A DNA stretch of 63,142 nucleotides, filler included, from Stramenopiles sp. TOSAG23-3 (lineage: Eukaryota): the NCBI GenBank assembly GCA_900128585.1. It is 12 parts of 12 records of this genome, joined end to end, with 100 filler letters (N's around TTAATTAATTAA, not from the genome) between each part and the next. Parts side by side here need not be neighbours in the genome. Positions count along the whole stretch, not along the records: positions 51,193 to 58,381 come from LT643189.1; positions 58,482 to 59,572 come from LT646509.1; positions 59,673 to 60,763 come from LT646510.1; positions 60,864 to 61,953 come from LT646511.1; positions 62,054 to 63,142 come from LT646512.1; 7 more parts are not named here. One strand, written 5' to 3'. The notes beneath the pieces are model-generated. The model did not search any database. It worked only from the letters and a program-made list of their open reading frames with translations, and had not been told where the DNA came from. Shown piece by piece: positions 54,322 to 63,142 of this stretch (the first letter of the stretch is position 1; the number at the start of each line of letters is the position of its first letter). A program made the position numbers and the translations under genes.

Positions 54322-56379
54322 ATGCCTGTAAAGGCGACACTGTTCATGTTCGCGATAGCAGCCGCGACTCTTTACTCTGCCACTGTGGGTTTTGATCAGA
54401 TGCATGGCACCTCATCGACGCCTGAGCGTCATGCGTACCAAAGAAAGCTGGAGGAGTGCGACGCTACAACTACCGTGGCAGCGAACGAGAACACCACAAC
54501 GACTGCCGCCCCGGCTGCACCACAGAACTACCCAACAGACCTGTTCTCTGCGGAGGAAAGGTCAAACGGGGCAATCCTATTGCACTGCCTCGGTATCGTA
54601 TACATGTTCTTAGGGATAGCAATAATTTGCGACGATTTCTTTGAAGCATCCTTGGAACATTTGGTCGAGTACACCGGAATGTCCGACGACGTCGCCGGGG
54701 CGACCTTTATGGCTGCCGGTGGTAGTGCACCAGAACTTTTCACATCGATCATGGGAGTTTTCGTCGCAAAATCTGATGTTGGATTCGGTACCATCATTGG
54801 GTCTGCAGTGTTTAACGTTCTCTTCGTAATCGCACTCTGCGCGTGGGCTGTCCCAAACTTGCCATTAACATGGTGGCCACTCTGCCGAGACTCGACGTTT
54901 TACTGCTTTTCTATTTTGGTCTTAACAGCCTGTGCAATAGACCAACAAATATGGTGGTGGGAATCCGTGATTCTTCTGTTCTGCTACGGGTTGTACGTTA
55001 CAGTTATGGCATTTAATCTCCAGCTGCGAGACTGGACCGCTAAAAAAATCAAATACGACAAAGGAAGGGATTCTGCATTGCAGAAAAGCTGCTTGAAATT
55101 TACAGAATCAAACCTGTTCGCGGGGATTATTTACGTTGTCATTGTTGCTAATGTTATTATCGTTGGTCTCGATGCCGTCAACAAAGACGCAGCGATGGCG
55201 CAGACCTACTTTGTGCTCAACTTAATTTGCTCCATTCTGTTTATTTTCGAAATGGCCTTCAAAATGATGGCTAGGGGAGCTTTCGGCTACTGGGCTGGCG
55301 AGTTAAATGCTTTCGATGGAGTTCTTGTCGTTCTAGTATTCGTCGAATGGGCAATTATGCTTGCCAATGGACAATTTGGAGCGCAAACTACTTCCGCCGG
55401 TGCGATGCGTGGTGTGAAAGGTCTGCGTGGAATGAAAGTATTTCGTTTCTTAAAAATTGCTAGATGTGTTCGCTTCGTTCGTTTGATAAAACTTGCCGCA
55501 GCGTTATCATCTGGTGCACAGAAGGACCAAGTTCTTGTCTTGAAAGCTGACGGGGACGTCAAAGTTTCTGAAGGAGGCCCAACGCAACCAAGCGAAGTTA
55601 AACCTGTCGAAGGGGGGGACGCAAAGCCCGAAGGCGGCGATTCAGAGAAAGGAGACCCAGAAAAAGGCGAAGCAGGCGAGTCCAAAGAAGGCGGCGACGA
55701 AAAAGAAGGCGGCGAAGAGGGTTCCGAAGAAGACGAGGGAGCCCCATGGCCGTGGCCACTGAAAGGTTCTGAAACCCCCGAAGATACAACGGGGAAGATT
55801 ATGGGCATCATTAACTTTCCATTGATATTTGCAATGTGCTTGACTGTTCCACACCCAGATCGCGAGAAGTGGGGAAAATGGTGGCCCGTGACGTTCATAA
55901 TGTGCATCGTATGGATTGCTGGGCTTGCGTTCTTTATGGTCTGGTGGGCCGAACTGCTCGGGCAAGCAATTGGGATTCCTCCAGCAATTATGGGATTAAC
56001 TCTGCTGGCTGGAGGCACAAGTATCCCAGACGCAATGTCAAGTATCGCTGTGGCCAAACGTGGACACGGTGATATGGCAGTTTCGAGTTCGATCGGAAGC
56101 AATGTATTCGATATCTTGCTAGGGCTCCCGCTGCCATGGTTTATGTACACAGTACTTGTAACAGGTGGAGTAGAGACTGTTCCAATATACTCTTCAAACA
56201 TGTCCATCATGATCCTAACCTTGTTCATTATGGTTTCCTTGGTGATTACTATCGTGCATTGGGCGAGTTGGAAATTAACAGTCGGACTTGGATGGGCAAT
56301 GATGGTGATGTATTTTGTGTTCTTGGTTCAATCACTGCTGTTGGAGTACGGTTTATTGAATTTTGGAGGAAGCTGCTAA
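54322..56379 (+). CDS. K+-dependent Na+/Ca2+ exchanger (SLC24/NCKX) with an inserted voltage-sensor domain
   Basis: Signal/TM0; alpha-1 GATFMAAGGSAPELFTS and GTIIGSAVFNVL; alpha-2 GLTLLAGGTSIPDAMSS and SSSIGSNVFDILLGL; S1-S4 module at about 55090-55500. An in-frame ATG also exists at 54250. Confidence 0.93.
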   Translation: MPVKATLFMFAIAAATLYSATVGFDQMHGTSSTPERHAYQRKLEECDATTTVAANENTTTTAAPAAPQNYPTDLFSAEERSNGAILLHCLGIVYMFLGIAIICDDFFEASLEHLVEYTGMSDDVAGATFMAAGGSAPELFTSIMGVFVAKSDVGFGTIIGSAVFNVLFVIALCAWAVPNLPLTWWPLCRDSTFYCFSILVLTACAIDQQIWWWESVILLFCYGLYVTVMAFNLQLRDWTAKKIKYDKGRDSALQKSCLKFTESNLFAGIIYVVIVANVIIVGLDAVNKDAAMAQTYFVLNLICSILFIFEMAFKMMARGAFGYWAGELNAFDGVLVVLVFVEWAIMLANGQFGAQTTSAGAMRGVKGLRGMKVFRFLKIARCVRFVRLIKLAAALSSGAQKDQVLVLKADGDVKVSEGGPTQPSEVKPVEGGDAKPEGGDSEKGDPEKGEAGESKEGGDEKEGGEEGSEEDEGAPWPWPLKGSETPEDTTGKIMGIINFPLIFAMCLTVPHPDREKWGKWWPVTFIMCIVWIAGLAFFMVWWAELLGQAIGIPPAIMGLTLLAGGTSIPDAMSSIAVAKRGHGDMAVSSSIGSNVFDILLGLPLPWFMYTVLVTGGVETVPIYSSNMSIMILTLFIMVSLVITIVHWASWKLTVGLGWAMMVMYFVFLVQSLLLEYGLLNFGGSC

Positions 56380-56570
56380 AATTGCAACGCAGGAGACCTC
56401 GTGAGCATTTACGGGGTACTTAATAATTACAGGCTAATGAAGTATAATATTTAATATAAACATCAATTGGATTTATATTCATTTTTACTTAAATAACAGC
56501 CAATTTTCTTGTTTTTAATAACTTACACATTAAAAAAAAAAATACTGGGGTGGTTTATTTTAATATGCAC

Positions 56571-56844
56571 GCCGCTGCTTGGTAAATCACACAAGGAATG
56601 ATTCACCTATGAGTGAGACATCGGATGAGGAAGTTGATTATGGGTCTCCTGAAATCGACGCAATTCCACACAAATCGACGCAATTCCACACACTGATTCG
56701 GATCATGCATGGAGTACACAAGGAAATGATAGTCGAGACTGAGTGGCAAGGGCATATTGATTACTAAAATCACAACAGCAGAAATCAGTTCTCGTAGTAC
56801 ATTAATTTAATTACTTAAATAACAGCCGCCAATTTTTCGTTTTT
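56571..56844 (+). repeat. Dispersed ~0.3-kb repeat family, one of the longest copies
   Basis: Homologous to 62081-62250 (minus), 17323-17613 (minus), 10542-10654 and 46705-46765; contains an internal 20-bp tandem duplication aaatcgacgcaattccacac. Confidence 0.88.
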
Positions 56845-56868
56845 ATTTTAATGTATTTAAAATATATA

Positions 56869-56988
56869 GAAAAAAGAAGGTGTCAGTTCAAGAACAATAT
56901 CTTCTCCTATTGCAGATCCTCCCCAAGTTCTGGTCAAGATTCCAAGATTGGCAAGAAAACAGCGGCATAAATGTTTTAAAGGCGCTCG
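56869..56988 (-). repeat. Second subtype of the dispersed repeat (same ends, different interior)
   Basis: About 80 bp near-identical in inverse orientation to 59681-59765; carries the same head as 17586-17617, and the 59681 copy carries the shared AATAACAGCCAATTTT tail. Confidence 0.85.
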
Positions 56989-57420
56989 TTTCCTGTTGTA
57001 CTGCTCTATGAAAGAATGACCGGCAATGAGTTCGATCTTAAAGACATTCCCAACTTCTGGTCACACATTAACTGATCAATAATTTGATTTGAGAATTTAA
57101 TCCTTATATGGGGGTAGTCATCTCCCTCGCTCTTTTCATAAAAAGGCGGCGGTGAAAAAGGAAATTTGGAAGCTGCAAAAAATCAAAATTAACATTTTAA
57201 AATAGTTAGTACAAAGTACAAAAAACTGGCTTGTAAATCATATACGATAAATATTATGTACATTGTGTGACATTGCGTGCAATCTAAATCCTCAACTCTA
57301 ATTACTTTTAAATAACAGCCAATTTTTTTGTTTGTTTTTAATTCCCCAAAAGTTTCTTCCCCCTTGTAAATTCTAATCCAAAAAAATCCGCCGCGGACCT
57401 TTTTTTTTGACTTGATTATC

Positions 57421-57918
57421 TTATCCTACGCCGACCCCGCCACTCTCATAATTTTCCCAAAAAGAATCTACTACAGTGTTGTATGGTTCTTCCTTGGAGA
57501 TGTCATGCCCATAGATCGAACCTGAAATGCCTCTCGAAGAAAATACCGGGGAGCCCAGTGGGATTGATGCACATCGACCTCTATGTATGGCATTTTCGAC
57601 GTGAACGCTTCGCAAAAAAGTATTTAGATGACCATCTCCTTCCCGCACTTTGGCAGAATACGTGCTTGCAGCCTGTCGCTTTGCTCGCGGTAACTCCTCT
57701 AAATTAGCAAGCTGATCACATGCGTTTGCACTACAATCCCTTGCTCTCTTTTTGCTCTGAAAACCATAATGCTCTGGAAAGCCTGGAGAAAATTTGTTCG
57801 TCACATTTTGATGGGGGGCAGAGTTCACCAAGGTGGGGGGGCAATTTCCCCAGGTTCCTACGCCAGAGCGCTTGGACGGCGGGCCGTTATCTTCCCGGTC
57901 TTCCCACGCTCGCTTCAT
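57421..57918 (-). CDS. Hypothetical low-complexity protein
   Basis: 165-codon ORF in a GC-richer island flanked by AT-rich DNA; no recognised domain. Confidence 0.45.
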   Translation of the reverse strand: MKRAWEDREDNGPPSKRSGVGTWGNCPPTLVNSAPHQNVTNKFSPGFPEHYGFQSKKRARDCSANACDQLANLEELPRAKRQAASTYSAKVREGDGHLNTFLRSVHVENAIHRGRCASIPLGSPVFSSRGISGSIYGHDISKEEPYNTVVDSFWENYESGGVGVG

Positions 57919-59968
57919 CTGGACGGAAAGCAACAAACAGGCCAATAAAAAGCCGCACCAAACAGCGCAAGTTCACTTGTCTGTTGTCCGTCAGCTTTCG
58001 CTCATGTACACGTAAGGCGAAGTCAAACGAATCAGCGAAGGAAGAATTTTCTTAAACGGCAGAGAGCCCTCTTCATTAACACATGTTAATCCAAACTAGT
58101 GAGCTCGATGATCTAATGATTTATCTGGGTTGAAACAAAAAGAGGTTTCGAAGCTATTCTTCTCGAAAAGATTGCAAAAATTCGTTTGTTATTATAGTTT
58201 TCACAAAAAGTAAAATTAAGAAGTTAAAAAAGATGGTGTGAATGATGGAAGAGAGGATGATGATGAGAAGAATTTTAGGATGATGAGAATAATTTTTTTC
58301 GTCGTACATTATTATACCGGCACAGGTGTACAGGAGGAAGGTAAATACAAAAAAGGGGAAAAGAAGAAGAAAGTAAAAAAANNNNNNNNNNNNNNNNNNN
58401 NNNNNNNNNNNNNNNNNNNNNNNNNTTAATTAATTAANNNNNNNNNNNNNNNNNNNNNNNNNNNNNNNNNNNNNNNNNNNNCCCCTACGCAAGTATTCTT
58501 ACTATACTGCATCCTTTCTTTCGTGGACGTCGGTCGACGACAATGCACTAGTTCGTATGTAAGGCTGGAAATCTGATCTCCAATACGCTTTCACGGACAG
58601 AACAGGAACCTTGTGATAAACGTTCTTCTTATCATGGTTGGGGAGTCAAAATCATAATATCATAAAATCGTAACTGTACATGGAACTATCCAGTGACATG
58701 AACATCTTGAATGCATTCCTCTGCTTGAACAATTATTTTTGTATTCTCTATTGCAGTAATATTATTTATTATTTTATATTTTATTATTGTTGATGAAGAA
58801 AAAGTTTTCTCCTAATTTCTAAATAACATCAACATAGCATTAAAAATCGATAATTGATTCTGCCTCTTTTTTTTTTTTCTCTTAGAAGAAGAAGATGATT
58901 TTTTTGTTGATTTTTTAGGAAAGGTAATGAGTGGATATTACAGGGAGAGAGCATGAGCTATCACTGACTGTCACGGACGTATCATTGCATTCCTGTACTA
59001 TTTGCCTTCTAATGTTTCATCTATTCCAATTGGTATAATTCATATCTTCAATGCTATCTTGTTGTTAAAATGGTTTCATGTTGGTTTTGTTGCGTTCAAG
59101 AGCTTTGCGAAAATAATTTATAATTGAAAAAATAATATAATAAAAAATTTAACACTAACTTATAATTATATAATATAAATAGTGTTAAATAAATATAAGA
59201 CGGGGTTTTTGTTTTTGTAATAATTATATTTAAATTGGTATTAATATTATCGTTAGGGGATTTTTAAACTTTGTTTTTCTTCATTTCTCGTTTCTGATTG
59301 GTGGAAAAAGTAACGAATTGACTTTTTTATCATAGGAAAAAAGAAGGAAGATTAGTTATATAAAATATATTATACTACGAACATGTCCTATTTAAAAATA
59401 CAAGTATAAGACATCATCATGTTGAAACTAAATGTACGGAGGAACCTTGTGTTATATAACCACACCACCATCAAATATCCTACGAAAATAAAAATTAAAG
59501 GCCTTCTTCCTTCTTCTCTTCTCTTCTCTTCTCTTCTCTTCTCTTCTCTTCTCTTCTCTTCTCTTCTCTTCTNNNNNNNNNNNNNNNNNNNNNNNNNNNN
59601 NNNNNNNNNNNNNNNNTTAATTAATTAANNNNNNNNNNNNNNNNNNNNNNNNNNNNNNNNNNNNNNNNNNNNTTTTAAGACCAATCAATTGGAATCTTGA
59701 CCAGAACTTGGGGAGGATCTGCAATAGGAGGAGATATTGTTCTTGAACTGAAACCTTCTTTTTTCTTTAATTTTAATTACTATAAAATAACAGCCAATTT
59801 TTCTTGTTTTTAACGGGAGTGGGTATATTCCGTAAAACATTTTCCTAAAACGAAACCACCATATGTTGGGGGAAACCGAAAAATCTGAATAGTAACAATA
59901 TAACATATTTATTTCAAAATCATAAGTTCTTACAGAGTTACATTTACAATCAGAAAGAACCAGCAAGG

Positions 59969-60541
59969 TTACATTCGTGTCATTTGGTCCACGACAGTGC
60001 TGAATAGATAATCGAAGACGCTATTGACGTTCTGTCCGTCCTTGGCGCTCGTTTCGAAGTGTTCGAGGCCGTGCTCTTCGGCCCACGCTTTCCCCTCCCG
60101 TAGCTGAATCACACGATTCTTCTTGTCACACTTGTTCGCGCAAACGGCCCAAACGGTGTTGTCTTTGACCCCAAATTTCTGCGCTTCTTGGATCCACGAT
60201 TCCAATTCTTCGAAAGACTTGCGAGATGTCACGTCATAGACTAAGAGGCACCCTTGGGTGTCCTTGTAGAACTCGTTCCGCACGTCAAAAAACTCCGGGT
60301 GGCCGCTCAAGTCCCAGAAGTTTACTTTCACGGAGTAACCGTTTATCTCCATGGGCTTTACACCAAAATCCACGCCGATCGTGCTGATGTAGCGCGACAC
60401 AAACTTTTCTTCACAGTATCGTTTTATAATACAACTTTTTCCAGAACCACCTTCTCCCAATGAAGTGATTTTTATCCGGATTAGTTTGTTCTTATCTACT
60501 CTATCATCGTTCTTCCGCGACATTCTTCCTGGCTTGGGCAT
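59969..60541 (-). CDS. RJL: RJL/RBJ-family Ras-like GTPase without a J domain
   Basis: GEGGSGKSCIIKRYCEEKFV, TIGVDFGVK, FWDLSGHPEFFDVRNEFYKDTQG (family-typical His at the DxxGQ position), ANKCD, FETSAK; no CAAX. Confidence 0.9.
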   Translation of the reverse strand: MPKPGRMSRKNDDRVDKNKLIRIKITSLGEGGSGKSCIIKRYCEEKFVSRYISTIGVDFGVKPMEINGYSVKVNFWDLSGHPEFFDVRNEFYKDTQGCLLVYDVTSRKSFEELESWIQEAQKFGVKDNTVWAVCANKCDKKNRVIQLREGKAWAEEHGLEHFETSAKDGQNVNSVFDYLFSTVVDQMTRM

Positions 60542-60863
60542 ACGGTCAACGGAGTGCACTTAATGCCACAAACACAACAGGTGCAAATATCAAGCTTTAG
60601 GAAACTGCGGGGCAATCCAAGTGGAAAGGTAGACCAACAAATTATCCTTTGGTTGTCTAAGTTTCTTTTCTACTTGTGAAATCATTCGGCGTTAAAGTTT
60701 TACTTATGTTGCAGTGAAACAATCAGGCACGCCCTTTTGTTAATAACAACCGACGACGGGGGGNNNNNNNNNNNNNNNNNNNNNNNNNNNNNNNNNNNNN
60801 NNNNNNNTTAATTAATTAANNNNNNNNNNNNNNNNNNNNNNNNNNNNNNNNNNNNNNNNNNNN

Positions 60864-60973
60864 TTCTTCTTTTTCTTGTCCTTCTTCGACTTTTTCTCTT
60901 TCTTCTCTTTCTTTTCCTTCTTTTCCTTCTTTGCCTTCTTCACCTTTAACGTTCAACTTCAAAGAGATATTTG

Positions 60974-61004
<31 letters not shown>

Positions 61005-61356
61005 GTACATCTTTTGCAAATTCAACATCAAATTCGTTTCCAGGTCTGATAAAACGAATAGTAGTTGGACGTTTTTCTGTTCGTATAATTTTTTGTATAT
61101 CATCCATTTCACGTTTATTTACAATATGTTTACCAATTTTCTGTACGAAATCATTAACAATAATACCAGCTTTATATGCTGCACCTTTTTCTGCAATACT
61201 TGTAACCATTGCACCTTTCCCATCTACCGTTCGTGGTGGTGCTAAACTAATTCCTAAATTCTTTTCTTTGAAAATGACATCGATAAATTTTCCAATAATA
61301 TTTTGACTTTTGCCTGTATTCATTAAAGCACGTGCTAATAATACTTTTTTCTCCGC
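60864..61356 (-). CDS. PDZ-domain gene fragment, probably spliced (exons 61356-61009 and 60956-contig end)
   Basis: NLGISL..GAMVTSIAEKGAAYKAGIIVNDFVQKIG..DDIQKIIR..RPTTIRFIR; candidate 52-nt GT..AG intron 61008-60957 and an acceptor CAG at 61359-61357. Confidence 0.62.
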
Positions 61357-62444
61357 CTGTTGTTTTTGTTCAATAAAAAAAAAATGGTATAAATATAAAT
61401 AAATATGGTCAATATTTCAATTTTTGTTTTCAATGTATATATATATAGGTATGTAGTGAAAAAATGAAAGTAATATAAGCGAAGGAAGAGCAAATCGTTA
61501 TCACGTTCCAAAAAAATATTTTCCCGACACACATAGTATTATTATTTTTTATAATTTGGTCGTTTTTTTTTCATTGATTTTTCTTTTGTAATTTTTTTCG
61601 ATTTTTCTTTTGATAATTTTTTACCTTCTCGTTTTGCCTAAATATAATGACATTAACGTAATATTTATAGTATATAATAATAGATATATAAGAGACACAC
61701 ACGGAATGAAAAAAAAAAAAGAAAATACATATAGAAAAGAGGTGTATATATACATGTGTAGATAAAGTCACATGTCCATTCATTTCATACCCAACATTAT
61801 TGATTCATATTGTGAGCATTTTAGACGGAAGGGATATCCTAGATACATAAGAAAAGTAGTGATAGATAAGAATAAAGAAATACATACCTTTTGAGATTTT
61901 TCTTTCTTTTTTGAATACGAGATAAGTGCTTTAGCAAGCTTTGATGCTGCATTNNNNNNNNNNNNNNNNNNNNNNNNNNNNNNNNNNNNNNNNNNNNTTA
62001 ATTAATTAANNNNNNNNNNNNNNNNNNNNNNNNNNNNNNNNNNNNNNNNNNNNCTCTGCGTCTGGCAAAACCAAAATATACCCTCTTGTCACTTAGTCTG
62101 GACTATCGTGCTCAGATGTACTCCATGCGTGATCCGAATCAGTGTATGGAATTGCGTCGATGTCAGGAGACCAACAGCATAATCAACTTCCTCGTCTGAT
62201 GTCTCACTCATAGATGAATCGTTCCTTGGTGTCCAAGCAGCGGCATAAATAACAAAACATTGTTGGTGTTGTTCTAAAATAATGTTATACCTTTTTTTAA
62301 AAATTGTTGTGCACCTCATCCCAGGAGCAGAGAGAGACACCGTTGCACTATATATGAAGAAGACAAAGTTCGGTTAAACTTAAAAAATACCAGCCAATGT
62401 TTCTTTATAACAGCCAATTTTCTTGTTTTTTGTTTCTTTACTGC

Positions 62445-63142
62445 CTACCCGAGCTGTTCGACCCGCGCCCACGCGTTCTTCAGCTTGCACATCATCTCCA
62501 GGGGCCTGGCCTGGCCGAGGGGGTCCTGCCACATGACGCTCTCCGGGTCCGTGCGTCGCACCCCAAAGTTCAGCAAGTCCATGACCCGTCGAAGTCCGTC
62601 GGACCCTTGGAACACGTCTCCCGGTGGGCTGTCCCACTTGGATCCCGGGTCGTCGAAGCAGCGCTCCATCATTTCGCGGCACTGCACCAACGTCTCCAGG
62701 CACCAGTCCCGCTCCTCCCTCGTCTGCACGATCTGCCGCCCGACCTTCCGGTTCGAGTGCTGGTAGTCGATCACCTGGGCCCTCGCCCGGTGGTCCGTTG
62801 CCCCGCGAAGGGTCCCCAGCAACACCATCTTCTCCTTGTCCGCAAGCAGGACCTGCATCTCCGTCTGTTTCAGCTCGTTGGCCGCGGCCTTCAGGTCCTC
62901 GTGCAAGCGCTTGTTCACCTCCACGCTGGCCAAGAACGCCTCGTAGACCAACTCGTACGATTCGCCCCGCCGGTCGATGGCGCCCCCCTGCCGCGCCCCG
63001 AGGGTCTGGAAAAATTGCAGGTGCTCGTCCCGCTCGCCGAGCACTGATCTGATGCTCGCAAACTTCCCCGCCGCCTTCCACCGGGTCCGCGCGACCAACC
63101 GCTTCATGTCATCCTCCTGGTCGTTCGATAGGCCCCCGAACC
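62445..63142 (-). CDS. Hypothetical coiled-coil protein, probably 5'-partial
   Basis: GC-rich ORF (62445..63107) with strongly G/C third positions and heptad-like segments; no recognised domain. Confidence 0.5.
   Translation of the reverse strand, partial: FGGLSNDQEDDMKRLVARTRWKAAGKFASIRSVLGERDEHLQFFQTLGARQGGAIDRRGESYELVYEAFLASVEVNKRLHEDLKAAANELKQTEMQVLLADKEKMVLLGTLRGATDHRARAQVIDYQHSNRKVGRQIVQTREERDWCLETLVQCREMMERCFDDPGSKWDSPPGDVFQGSDGLRRVMDLLNFGVRRTDPESVMWQDPLGQARPLEMMCKLKNAWARVEQLG

Noticed and set aside
55090-55500. Reading the insert as an Hv1 proton channel or a broken Nav/Cav gene
   Set aside because: No RxWRxxR S4 or mid-S1 Asp of Hv1, no pore helices, and it is in frame with intact exchanger halves on both sides.
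56579-56767. Similar small ORFs with MSETSDEEVDY (56579..56767 and 62089..62340)
   Set aside because: Both lie inside the dispersed repeat; copies differ by indels and the 17323-17613 copy is degenerate, so they are not called as genes.
58482-59572. Possible coding fragments on the minus strand
   Set aside because: Short frames interrupted by stops with no recognisable domain.

Overview
Eukaryotic nuclear DNA from an intron-poor protist, with GC-richer coding regions and AT-rich spacers. The RJL GTPase suggests a flagellate; a heterotrophic stramenopile is my inference, not demonstrated. The window is not one locus: it is 12 contigs/scaffolds sorted by decreasing length (7231, 7222, 7220, 7211, 7209, 7205, 7194, 7189, 1091, 1091, 1090, 1089 bp), joined by an artificial 100-bp linker (N44-TTAATTAATTAA-N44), so gene order across linkers has no meaning. 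It holds about 22 mostly single-exon genes, including a calpain-like protein, METTL21-type methyltransferase, SLC25 carrier, DBP2/DDX5, FHA-LRR, EF-hand-LRR, cytochrome b5, COG0523 GTPase, topoisomerase II with a presequence, a GH141-like beta-helix protein, WDR91, an SCP phosphatase, NCKX and RJL. It also holds the 3' part of a degenerate DIRS retrotransposon with an intact terminus/ICR pair, a dispersed ~0.3-kb repeat family found only in gene 3' flanks, and two long perfect inverted repeats. Best candidate for a new system: a K+-dependent Na+/Ca2+ exchanger (SLC24/NCKX) with a complete S1-S4 voltage-sensor domain, 10 basic residues at perfect i+3 spacing, inserted in its central cytosolic loop and no channel pore, i.e. 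a possible voltage-gated Ca2+ exchanger. Next best: a homing-endonuclease-type GIY-YIG domain fused to a long IQ array, and a secreted protein built from an unrecognised HxxC four-cysteine repeat.
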